A DNA stretch of 24,000 bases from Superficieibacter sp. HKU1 (GCF_029319185.1 NZ_CP119754.1:4726187-4750186), one strand, 5' to 3'. Numbered from the stretch's first letter, positions 1 to 7,694 are shown. Notes: generated from the sequence alone by a model not told the origin. Numbers and translations: made by a program.

Positions 1-203
1 TTAATTTCTTTGATTTCAGCGGCTTGCTTTACTTGCAGTTCCTGGACTTTATTCTCGGCCTGCGCAGCGCGGTTCTCTGCCGCTTCCAGCCGTGCTTCCA
101 TCTGTTCTAAACGCTGTTCCAGAGTCATACGTTGGGTTTTGGCAAACCCGGTATTCGCAACCATCAATAGTCCTATTGTGATTGCAAGCGTTGTTTTCTT
201 CAT
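1..203 (-). CDS. Carbohydrate-selective outer-membrane porin, N-terminal fragment (ScrY/BglH-like, LamB family); continues beyond the left edge
   Basis: Reverse complement of 1-203 starts with ATG and reads MKKTTLAITIGLLMVANTGFA/KTQRMTLEQRLEQMEARLEAAENRAAQAENKVQELQVKQAAEIKEI. This is a signal peptide followed by a coiled-coil-like stretch, resembling the N-terminal extension of sucrose porin ScrY. It is missing from the ORF track because no stop lies in the window. The + ORF 10-225 is its antisense shadow. Confidence 0.6.
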   Translation of the reverse strand, partial: MKKTTLAITIGLLMVANTGFAKTQRMTLEQRLEQMEARLEAAENRAAQAENKVQELQVKQAAEIKEI

Positions 204-597
204 TATTACCATTCCTTTTCAATGATCTATTAATTCTTAAAATCCATATTTGTGCGTCGATATATATTTTTGGCGAATAGTATTTTTATAATTTACCTAA
301 TTAATTGAAAGCGTATAAAGGGTTTCTGGAAGAAACCAAACCCATCAAATAATAGGTGCAACCCAACGCAGGCCACGGCAGAGTATTATCAAGATCACTT
401 CAAGTAAATATTCTAAAATACGAGAACGTGAGCAAGCTAACATTATTTAGCGAAATAAAATTGAACTATAAACACAGAGTATATATTAGTAAAAATTAGT
501 CATTTGATGAATGTATTGTTATTTAACCCCTCGTATTCACTGCATTTTTATGTCTCTTAAAATTTGTGAGCTACCTCGCTATTTGCCTGCTAATGGA

Positions 598-615
598 TTG
601 GTATATTTTTGCCAA
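598..615. promoter_or_regulatory. Imperfect inverted repeat TTGGTA-N6-TGCCAA; candidate GntR/HutC-type operator
   Basis: Read directly. The left arm ATTGGTATA resembles HutC/NagR-type half-sites (GGTaTA). It lies about 40-55 bp upstream of the GH4 ATG, and a GntR/HutC regulator is encoded in the same locus. Confidence 0.3.
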
Positions 616-617
616 AT

Positions 618-631
618 CTGGCATATGCCAG
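618..631. promoter_or_regulatory. Perfect 14-bp palindrome CTGGCATATGCCAG just upstream of the GH4 gene (operator or 5'-UTR hairpin)
   Basis: Read directly. It ends 21 bp before the ATG at 653 and immediately precedes the SD-like GAGGG at 645-649. Confidence 0.4.
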
Positions 632-652
632 TTTAAATAAATACGAGGGCAC

Positions 653-1963
653 ATGAAAAAGTTAAAAGTAGTCACGATTGGTGGTGGTTCAGGCTATACC
701 CCGGAACTGATTGATGGTTTTATCCGGCGGCATGCCGATCTTCCCGTCACGGAATACTGGCTGGTCGATGTTGACGCCGGTCGGGAAAAACTGGAGATTG
801 TGGGCCAGCTGGCGCAACGGATGGTGAAAAAAGCGGGCATTCCAATGACGGTTCACCTGACCACCGACCGCCGGGAAGCGCTCAAAGAGGCAGATTTTGT
901 CACGACGCAAATCCGCGTAGGCCAGTTAGCGGCTCGCATCAACGATGAAAAAATCCCGCTGAAATATGGCGTATTGGGCCAGGAAACCACCGGACCGGGC
1001 GGCTTTATGAAAGCCCAGCGTACCATTCCGGTTTTGCTGGATATTTGTAAGGACATGGAGGAACTGTGCCCTGACGCCTGGATGATCAACTTTACGAATC
1101 CGGCAGGCATTGTGACCGAAGCCATCGCCAAATACAGCCCTATCAAATCGCTGGGGATTTGTAGCGGTGCCAATAACATGATGATGGACATCGCCAAAGC
1201 TTACGGCGTTGAGCGCAGCGCGGTTACCGCCCGCGTAATGGGCCTGAACCATCTTATTTTTGCCGATCGCATTCTCCTGAACGGCAACGATACGACCGCC
1301 GATTTTATTGAAAAACTAGCCCAGGGTACGGGCACCAATAAGCTCAAAAATGTGCCGGATGTTGGCCTGCCGCCCGAGTTTATCCGTGCGCTGAATCTCT
1401 ATCCGCTCTCTTACCTGAAGTATTTTTACCTGAACCGGGAAATGGTAGAGCACGAACTGGACGATCAGAAAAACGGCGGCACGCGCGGCGAGCGCTCGCT
1501 GGAAATTGAGCACTCCCTGCTGGAACTGTACAAAAATCCCGAGCTGTGCGAAAAACCGGCCGAACTCTCCAGCCGTGGCGGTGCGTTGTACTCCGATACC
1601 GCGTGCTCAATCATCAGTTCAATCTATAACAACAAACACGAAGTGCATGTCGTTAACGTACCGAACCAGGGAACCACACCCGACTTGCCTGACGATGCAG
1701 TGATTGAAACCAGCGCGGTTATTAATAAACTGGGCGCTCACCCGCTGGCTTATGGTCGTCTGCCCGTGCGTATTCGTGGATTGATTCAGAGCGTAAAAGC
1801 GTTTGAGGAGCTGACGGTCGAGGCGGCAATAACCGGCGACACCCGCATCGCGCTACTGGCACTGGTTAATCACCCCCTCGTACCGTCAGTTGACGTCGCA
1901 CAGCAAATTCTTAACGACTATCTGGCGGCAAACCGTGATTTTCTGCCGCAGTACGCTTTCTGA
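653..1963 (+). CDS. Glycoside hydrolase family 4 (NAD+/Mn2+-dependent) phospho-glycosidase, LicH/ChbF-like 6-phospho-beta-glucosidase architecture
   Basis: 436-aa ORF with ATG preceded by GAGGG. Motifs: N-terminal VTIGGGSGYTPE NAD-binding motif, NFTNPAG, Cys170 and GLNH (His200) at the metal-ligand positions, and C-terminal RGGALYSDTACSIISSIYNNK...NHPLVP typical of GH4. The residues after Cys170 are SGA, not the NVP usual for phospho-beta-glucosidases. Confidence 0.92.
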   Translation: MKKLKVVTIGGGSGYTPELIDGFIRRHADLPVTEYWLVDVDAGREKLEIVGQLAQRMVKKAGIPMTVHLTTDRREALKEADFVTTQIRVGQLAARINDEKIPLKYGVLGQETTGPGGFMKAQRTIPVLLDICKDMEELCPDAWMINFTNPAGIVTEAIAKYSPIKSLGICSGANNMMMDIAKAYGVERSAVTARVMGLNHLIFADRILLNGNDTTADFIEKLAQGTGTNKLKNVPDVGLPPEFIRALNLYPLSYLKYFYLNREMVEHELDDQKNGGTRGERSLEIEHSLLELYKNPELCEKPAELSSRGGALYSDTACSIISSIYNNKHEVHVVNVPNQGTTPDLPDDAVIETSAVINKLGAHPLAYGRLPVRIRGLIQSVKAFEELTVEAAITGDTRIALLALVNHPLVPSVDVAQQILNDYLAANRDFLPQYAF

Positions 1964-2000
1964 GCCGGCCGCAGAATATCTCATAAAAGGGATTTTTTTT

Positions 2001-3254
2001 ATGCAAAAGTTTCTGGAAAACAAACTGTTACCCATTTTGATGCGGGTGGGTAATAACGTCATTATGGTCGCGATACGTGACGGGATCTCGTTTACCCTGC
2101 CCTTTATTATTGCAGGCAGCGTGTTCCTGATTATTGCCAACTTGCCCATCCCCGGATGGAGCGAGTTTCTCGGGCCGTATGCCGAAATGCTTAGCGTGCC
2201 GGTACAGGCCACCTTTGGCGCGATTGGTCTGATTGCGGCGATTGGCATCAGTTACAATCTGGCGAAATATTACAAGCTGGACTGCCTGAGCTGCTGCTGT
2301 ATTACGGTGGCGGTTTTCCTGCTCGCCCAGCTTGATGATACCCATAAAATCAACGTCAATAACTTCGGTGCTGCCGGGTTATTTTCGGCGATTATTTTAT
2401 CGGTCATCACGGTCTATATCGTCCGCTTTTTCGTGGAAAAGAAGATTTATATCCGCCTGCCGGACAGCGTTCCGCCAGCGGTGCTTCAGTCTTTTATCAG
2501 TCTGGCACCGGCAATGGCCTGCCTGACGTTAATATGGCTGGTGCGGGTGGTATTTAATTTTGATATCAACGCCTTTTTCACGCTGATCTTAAGCCCGCTG
2601 GTTATGGGCCTGGATACGCTGCCGGGAATACTCATTCTGGTGGCACTGATCTCACTGCTGTGGAGCTGCGGTATTCACGGAACTAACGTTCTCTCCGGCA
2701 TTACCAGCCCGATATTCCTCAAGTTTATTGCTGAAAACACCGAGGCTTATCTGCAACATCAGCCGGTGCCGCACATTACTGCTGAAGGGTTTTATAACTT
2801 CTTCATCTGCTCCGGAGGATCTGGCGCAACGATGGGACTGGTGCTGGCGATGCTTTTATCCAAAAGCCGCTATTACAAATCGCTGGGACGCATCTCCATT
2901 GGCCCGGCCATCTTTTGTATTAATGAACCGGTGATGTTTGGCGTGCCGATGGTCTTCAACCCGATCATGATGCTGCCATTGATCCTGACGCCAATGGTCA
3001 TTTGCACCTGCTCATATCTGCTGATGCAGTTTGGCATTATTGGTCGCCCGGTATTCCAGATCCCCTGGACTATGCCACCGATCCTTAATGGCTACTTTGC
3101 CACCGGCGGGAATATTCCGGCCGCCATCTGGTCTGGCTGTATGGTGATTATCTCAACGGTCATGTACTACCCCTTCTTCCGTATCCTCGAGCGTAAGCAA
3201 CTGGTTACTGAGAAAGAAGAAGAAGCGGCCGCTTTAGCCAGCGCCGGGGCGTAA
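2001..3254 (+). CDS. PTS lactose/cellobiose-family EIIC permease component (ChbC/CelB-like)
   Basis: Polytopic membrane protein MQKFLENKLLPILMRVGNNVIMVAIRDGISFTLPFIIAGSVFLIIANLP..., typical of Lac-family EIIC. I place the start at ATG 2001 (SD-like AAAGGGA at 1986-1992). The track start at 1890 would overlap the GH4 gene by 74 nt and adds non-homologous residues. Confidence 0.9.
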   Translation: MQKFLENKLLPILMRVGNNVIMVAIRDGISFTLPFIIAGSVFLIIANLPIPGWSEFLGPYAEMLSVPVQATFGAIGLIAAIGISYNLAKYYKLDCLSCCCITVAVFLLAQLDDTHKINVNNFGAAGLFSAIILSVITVYIVRFFVEKKIYIRLPDSVPPAVLQSFISLAPAMACLTLIWLVRVVFNFDINAFFTLILSPLVMGLDTLPGILILVALISLLWSCGIHGTNVLSGITSPIFLKFIAENTEAYLQHQPVPHITAEGFYNFFICSGGSGATMGLVLAMLLSKSRYYKSLGRISIGPAIFCINEPVMFGVPMVFNPIMMLPLILTPMVICTCSYLLMQFGIIGRPVFQIPWTMPPILNGYFATGGNIPAAIWSGCMVIISTVMYYPFFRILERKQLVTEKEEEAAALASAGA

Positions 3255-3271
3255 TTTTTCTCTGTTCTATT

Positions 3272-3303
3272 CTGCCGGGTGGCGCTTCGCTTACCCGGCC
3301 TAC
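3272..3303. repeat. REP-like extragenic palindrome (GCCGGGT-N12-ACCCGGC followed by CTAC)
   Basis: tgCCGGGTGGCGCTTCGCTTACCCGGCCTAC sits 18 bp after the EIIC stop. The shape and the trailing GGCCTAC resemble enterobacterial REP units. It may also stabilise or terminate the upstream transcript. Confidence 0.6.
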
Positions 3304-3417
3304 CTTTAATTTCAATTAGTTAACCATTAACTCACCTCAGATGTGATGCGCTTTTGATTTCCGGCCACAACGTTAATGTTACACTAGCTCTCTTTTTCTT
3401 TATCAAGATTCGGCACG

Positions 3418-4146
3418 ATGACTGCTCGCTATATTCAGATAAAAAACGCGATAAAAAAACAGATCCTGAGCAATACATGGCAGGTCGGCGAGAAAATCCC
3501 GTCAGAACGCGAACTGGCCGTCACGTATGGTGTTACGCGGGTTACGCTGCAAAAAGCGATGCATATGCTTGAGCAGGAAGGGTTTATCGAGCGCATCCAC
3601 GGTAAAGGAATGTTTGTTACCCGCAGTATTGAAGACGATGTTTTCATGCTCAACGACGGTACCAGCGATTCCGTGCAGGGGTTTTCCAGGGAATTTCGTG
3701 AGCAGGCGAAAATCTCCAGCCGTCTGATTTGTCACCAGCTTCTTCCCGCCGACAGAATCATTGCCCGCAATCTTGAGATCAACGAAGGCGAACCGGTGCA
3801 TTTTATCCGCCGGGTACGCCTGATTGATGACGAGCCGGTGCTGGTAGAAGACTCATGGATTAATCGCGGCGTTATCCCCGTTATTCCCTCGCGGATCCTC
3901 GAGGAAGGTTCGCTATACGAATATATTGAGCACACCACCGGCAAGAAAATAAAGTTCTATAGCTCGGTCATTGAGGGCGATTTATTTGGCGAGGAGCTGG
4001 CGGCGCTGCTCTCAATCCCGCCGGGCCGTCCGATGCTCAAAGTCTCCGGCGTAACCAAACTTGAAGATGGCACGGCGTTTAACTACTCGTTCAGTTATAA
4101 CCGTGCCGATAAATTTAAAATCAAAAATAACTGGGTGGGGAAATAG
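3418..4146 (+). CDS. GntR-family transcriptional regulator, HutC subfamily (winged HTH plus UTRA effector domain)
   Basis: 242 aa. The N-terminus YIQIKNAIKKQILSNTWQVGEKIPSERELAVTYGVTRVTLQKAMHMLEQEGFIERIHGKGMFV is a canonical GntR HTH. The C-terminal ~160 aa has UTRA-like length and pattern. Confidence 0.9.
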   Translation: MTARYIQIKNAIKKQILSNTWQVGEKIPSERELAVTYGVTRVTLQKAMHMLEQEGFIERIHGKGMFVTRSIEDDVFMLNDGTSDSVQGFSREFREQAKISSRLICHQLLPADRIIARNLEINEGEPVHFIRRVRLIDDEPVLVEDSWINRGVIPVIPSRILEEGSLYEYIEHTTGKKIKFYSSVIEGDLFGEELAALLSIPPGRPMLKVSGVTKLEDGTAFNYSFSYNRADKFKIKNNWVGK

Positions 4147-4152
4147 CGGCCA

Positions 4153-5415
4153 TTACTGGGCAACCCGGTTTTTCAGAGGATTAATCAGCGGCGTACCGGA
4201 TAAGGTAAACGCTGACAGCACCGTCATCGCCAGCACAAAGCAGCCGAGGATCAGGTAGGTATCCTGAAAACCAATGCGGTCATACATATTTCCCGCGAAA
4301 GCGGAAAGGAAAATCGCGGCCAGCTGCTTGGCAAACTGAAATCCAATCAGATAAATCGTCGCAGAAAGGCGCGTGTCGAACACCCCGGTAATATATTTAA
4401 ATACGCCCACCAGCAGGAACGGCACTTCCAGCGCATGTAGCATCTTCAGCGCAACGACCTCCATTGCCGTGGCCGCGAATGACGAGCCGACAATACGTAC
4501 CGTCATAATCAGCCCGGCAATCAGCAGCGTATTTTTTGCCCCGATACGGTTAATGATCCACGGCGAGCAGAACATGATCGCAGCATTACAAAGTTCTCCG
4601 GCGGTGGTGGCAAAGCCAAAGGCGCGGGTACCCGCTTCAGGAGTAGTGAAAAAGGATTTAAAAAACGTCGCAAACTGCTGGTCGAAAACGTCGTAAATAC
4701 ACGCAACGCCAATAACATACAGCACCAGCATCCACATTTTGCGCTGACGGAATAAGTTGAAGACCATTCTGGCGTTGATTTGCGGCTGGTTAGCGCCGAG
4801 GGCATCCATAACCTGCGCGGTCTGATTGTGCCGGGGTTTCGCCACCAGTAATAACACCATCAGCAGAATAGCCGCCGCCGATCCCATCCAGAACACCCAT
4901 TCCGGGTTAACGCTGAACAGTATCCCCGCCGTTGAGGCGCACAGCCCCCAGCCCAGGCAGCCAAACATCCGTGCCTTGCCATACTCAAAGTGGCTGTTGC
5001 GGCTTATGCGCTCTACGTAGGCTTCCATCGCGCCCGATCCCGCCGAGAACACAAAGCCGATATAAACCCCTCCGGCCAGCGCGCCGAGCCAGATATTGGT
5101 TTTCAGCAGCGGCGCGAAGACGTAGAGAAAAAAGGGCGCAAACAGGAAAAGGGCAATCGCGATGACCCACAGCAGGTTCTTTTTCAGTCCCAGCCGGTCG
5201 GAAATCACCCCCAGTACCGGCTGGAAGCTAATCGCAAACAGGGAGACGCAGGAGAACACAATCCCGGTGTCGGTTTTGTTCAGGCCGATAATGTCGGACA
5301 GCCAGATCGGCAGAAAGGGAAAGCAGGTGGCCATAATAAAAAAGTAGAGAAAAACAAATAGCCCAAAAATCCAGAAATTCGGATTGTTTTTGTGGGTACA
5401 AATCGTGGTATTCAT
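4153..5415 (-). CDS. rafB: LacY-family oligosaccharide:H+ symporter (raffinose permease RafB-like)
   Basis: 420-aa 12-TM MFS protein. The N-terminus NPNFWIFGLFVFLYFFIMATCFPFLPIWL is typical of the LacY/RafB family. It lies directly downstream of the GH36 alpha-galactosidase in the same operon, with SD GAGGAA before the ATG. Confidence 0.85.
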   Translation of the reverse strand: MNTTICTHKNNPNFWIFGLFVFLYFFIMATCFPFLPIWLSDIIGLNKTDTGIVFSCVSLFAISFQPVLGVISDRLGLKKNLLWVIAIALFLFAPFFLYVFAPLLKTNIWLGALAGGVYIGFVFSAGSGAMEAYVERISRNSHFEYGKARMFGCLGWGLCASTAGILFSVNPEWVFWMGSAAAILLMVLLLVAKPRHNQTAQVMDALGANQPQINARMVFNLFRQRKMWMLVLYVIGVACIYDVFDQQFATFFKSFFTTPEAGTRAFGFATTAGELCNAAIMFCSPWIINRIGAKNTLLIAGLIMTVRIVGSSFAATAMEVVALKMLHALEVPFLLVGVFKYITGVFDTRLSATIYLIGFQFAKQLAAIFLSAFAGNMYDRIGFQDTYLILGCFVLAMTVLSAFTLSGTPLINPLKNRVAQ

Positions 5416-5432
5416 TTTTATTCCTCAGATAA

Positions 5433-5450
5433 GGGTCGCCTGCGCGACCC
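5433..5450 (-). other. Intercistronic GC-rich hairpin between rafA and rafB (GGGTCGC-N4-GCGACCC)
   Basis: A 7-bp perfect stem read directly in the 42-nt rafA-rafB spacer with no following U-run. It is more likely an mRNA-stability or processing element than a terminator. Confidence 0.4.
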
Positions 5451-5457
5451 CACACCC

Positions 5458-7581
5458 TTACACGCGTTCGAAGCCAATCAGGATGGCACTTTCGGGATCC
5501 AGAATCGGTAACGACAGCCCTGCCTGCATCAACCATTCACCGCTGACGGTTTGCGGCGTCAGCATCCACGCCGGCAGCTTACGCATGGTGTGCCCGCCTT
5601 CACCGGTGATGCTGATATCCGGATGATCGAGCAGCGTAATGCGGTACTGTGCACTGGCGTCCAGCCCCGCCATCCGCAGCGGTGACATCAGGGTGTAGTC
5701 CGGCATCGCCAGTTGACTCACCAGCAGCAGCGCCTGACGCCGATCCTGCGCGACTATCGCCTGCGCCATGGTGGTGGTATCCGGCATATCAAGCCGCCAC
5801 TGAGTCCCGCTATGGATAAGGCCGCGCCACTGTTTATAAAGCGCGGCATAATGCCGGTAGCCTTCGCGCTCCTGCGCATCAGCGCTGACCGGATCCAGCT
5901 CCAGACCCATGTGCCCAAACAGCGCGGTCAGGCCGCGAAACGCAGTGCTGTGCTGGCGGAAAGTGGCATGACAGTGGCGGTTGCCAATATGCGCGCCCAT
6001 GACCTCCGGCGGAAAGAAGTAGCTCATGCCGCGTTGAATGGTATTACGCTCCAGCGCATCGTTATTGTCCGAGGGCCAGAAGCGATGGCAGCGGGTCAGC
6101 ACCTCATAGTCGATACGGCCCCCGCCGGAGGAGCAGGATTCAAATTCAATATGCGGGAAGCGGGCACGCAGAGTATCGAGCAGACGATAATACTGGCGGG
6201 TTTGCGCATCGGCCGCCGCTTTGCCTTCATGCGCAGGCTGAACGATTTCCCGGTTCATATCCCACTTCACGTAGTCAATTTCGTGCTCGCCGAACAGCCA
6301 GCTCATGCGCTCAAGCAGGTAAGCAAATACCTGGGGAATATTCAGATTCAGCACCAGTTGATGACGGCCCGGTAGCTGAGGATACCCCGGCATCGCCAGC
6401 ACCCAGTCCGGATGCGCACGGTACAAATCTGAGTCCGGGTTAACCATTTCTGGTTCGACCCAGATGCCAAATTCCATGCCCTGCGCCTTAACGTGGTCGA
6501 TAACGGGTTTCAGCCCCTGCGGGTATTTTTGCTCATCCAGATACCAGTCGCCTAACGCCGCGTAATCATCATTACGCCCCCGGAACCAGCCATCATCAAT
6601 GATGAAACGTTCCACGCCCAGCGCTGCGGCCTCGTCCGCCATCTTCATGATGTACGCCGGATCGTGGTTGAAATAGATACCCTCCCAGGTATTGAGATGC
6701 ACCGGGCGCGGCTTGTTATCCGGGAAGTGAATGAGGTTCTCGCGCAGATAGCGGTGGAACTGTTGACTCATGCCGTTAAGACCCTGCGCGGAATAGCTGG
6801 CATACAGCCGTGGCGTCCACAGCGTTTCCCCCTCTTCCAGCGCCATTTCGCCCGGCAGGTACAGCGCTTCGGCCTGAATATAACGGCGGCCGTCAGTTTT
6901 TACCTCTGCCCGCAGGCGGTGGTTGCCGCTCCAGCCGAGATGAACGCCCCAGACGTCGCCGTGCATTTCACTGAAGGCGGGCGTGCCGGTCATCAGCGCC
7001 GGGAAATGTTCATGCGAACTGCGTCCGCGGCGGCTTTCCAGCACGACGCTGTCATGTTCAAGGGTCAGGCGATGCGGCTGAAATTCGCGGATCCAGCGAC
7101 CGTGAAAGGCCATCACGTCGCGGGCGCGCCCGGCGACCGGCAGCGTGACTGCCAGCCTGTCCACCTGCCACGCTTGCGTCCGCAGGTTAGTCACCCCGTG
7201 ACGCACCGTCAGGACCCCACTGGCATCAAGATTAATTTCACTGACCAGACGCAGCCCCGCCAGCACATCCTCGGCGAAGATCGTCAGCGCCTGCCCCTGC
7301 CGCTCCACGTTCACCGTTTTAAACATCGGCGAGCCATCCAGCCCCTGGCGATGGCCTTCGATACCCGGCGTGCCGAACAGACCGTGCCCCGGCTCAGCCA
7401 TCAGGGTTAACGGAATATCCACGTCCAGCCTGCCGTTCGCTACCGGACGAAACAGACTGGCGGCATCCTGCGGCGAAAAGTGGTTAATATGCGCACCCCA
7501 GTAAAGAATTTCGGCGAACGGGTGGGTTTTTATCACTACATCTACGGTGGCGCTTTCAAGGCGTAAAATAGAATCTTGCAT
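5458..7581 (-). CDS. rafA: Alpha-galactosidase, glycoside hydrolase family 36 (RafA-like)
   Basis: 707 aa, the typical GH36 length, with central blocks FIIDDGWF and KWDMN. It is flanked by a LacI-type repressor gene and a LacY-type permease gene, as in raf operons. Confidence 0.92.
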   Translation of the reverse strand: MQDSILRLESATVDVVIKTHPFAEILYWGAHINHFSPQDAASLFRPVANGRLDVDIPLTLMAEPGHGLFGTPGIEGHRQGLDGSPMFKTVNVERQGQALTIFAEDVLAGLRLVSEINLDASGVLTVRHGVTNLRTQAWQVDRLAVTLPVAGRARDVMAFHGRWIREFQPHRLTLEHDSVVLESRRGRSSHEHFPALMTGTPAFSEMHGDVWGVHLGWSGNHRLRAEVKTDGRRYIQAEALYLPGEMALEEGETLWTPRLYASYSAQGLNGMSQQFHRYLRENLIHFPDNKPRPVHLNTWEGIYFNHDPAYIMKMADEAAALGVERFIIDDGWFRGRNDDYAALGDWYLDEQKYPQGLKPVIDHVKAQGMEFGIWVEPEMVNPDSDLYRAHPDWVLAMPGYPQLPGRHQLVLNLNIPQVFAYLLERMSWLFGEHEIDYVKWDMNREIVQPAHEGKAAADAQTRQYYRLLDTLRARFPHIEFESCSSGGGRIDYEVLTRCHRFWPSDNNDALERNTIQRGMSYFFPPEVMGAHIGNRHCHATFRQHSTAFRGLTALFGHMGLELDPVSADAQEREGYRHYAALYKQWRGLIHSGTQWRLDMPDTTTMAQAIVAQDRRQALLLVSQLAMPDYTLMSPLRMAGLDASAQYRITLLDHPDISITGEGGHTMRKLPAWMLTPQTVSGEWLMQAGLSLPILDPESAILIGFERV

Positions 7582-7617
7582 CAGACATCTCCTGTCGTCG
7601 GGATGTCTTACTGTTGA

Positions 7618-7633
7618 TCCGAAACGTTTCGGA
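7618..7633. promoter_or_regulatory. LacI-family operator, perfect 16-bp palindrome TCCGAAACGTTTCGGA (candidate RafR O site)
   Basis: Read directly in the rafR-rafA spacer. The central CG and AAACG/CGTTT arms fit the LacI/GalR operator pattern. Confidence 0.8.
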
Positions 7634-7638
7634 CAACA

Positions 7639-7655
7639 ACCAAAACGTTTCGGAT
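7639..7655. promoter_or_regulatory. Second LacI-family operator ACCAAAACGTTTCGGAT (near-palindrome)
   Basis: It shares AAACGTTTCGGA with the first site. The centres are 21 bp apart (7625/7626 vs 7646/7647), so both sites face the same side of the helix. Paired operators are recalled for the plasmid raf promoter. Confidence 0.75.
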
Positions 7656-7694
7656 CTGTGATCGGGATATAATTTTACGCGTACAGAGGAAAGA

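Noticed and set aside
10-225. 71-aa + strand ORF at the left edge
   Set aside because: It is Cys/Ser-rich and low-complexity, with no SD. It is the antisense shadow of the much more convincing porin N-terminus (signal peptide plus coiled coil) on the minus strand.
619-634. Possible sigma-54 promoter: TGGCAT within the 14-bp palindrome upstream of the GH4 gene
   Set aside because: The -24-like TGGCA is present, but the -12 position reads CAGTT (GT instead of the essential GC). No sigma-54 activator is associated with this locus.
1890-2000. N-terminal extension of the EIIC ORF (track start 1890) overlapping the GH4 gene
   Set aside because: It would overlap the GH4 3' end by 74 nt and adds non-membrane residues unlike EIIC N-termini. 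ATG 2001 has an SD-like sequence and gives the canonical MQKFLE... start.
5713-7410. Long + strand ORFs (220 aa and 248 aa) inside rafA
   Set aside because: They are antisense to a GC-rich, clearly homologous GH36 gene. They are Arg/Ala/Pro-rich, as expected for stop-poor antisense frames, with no SD and no recognisable motifs.
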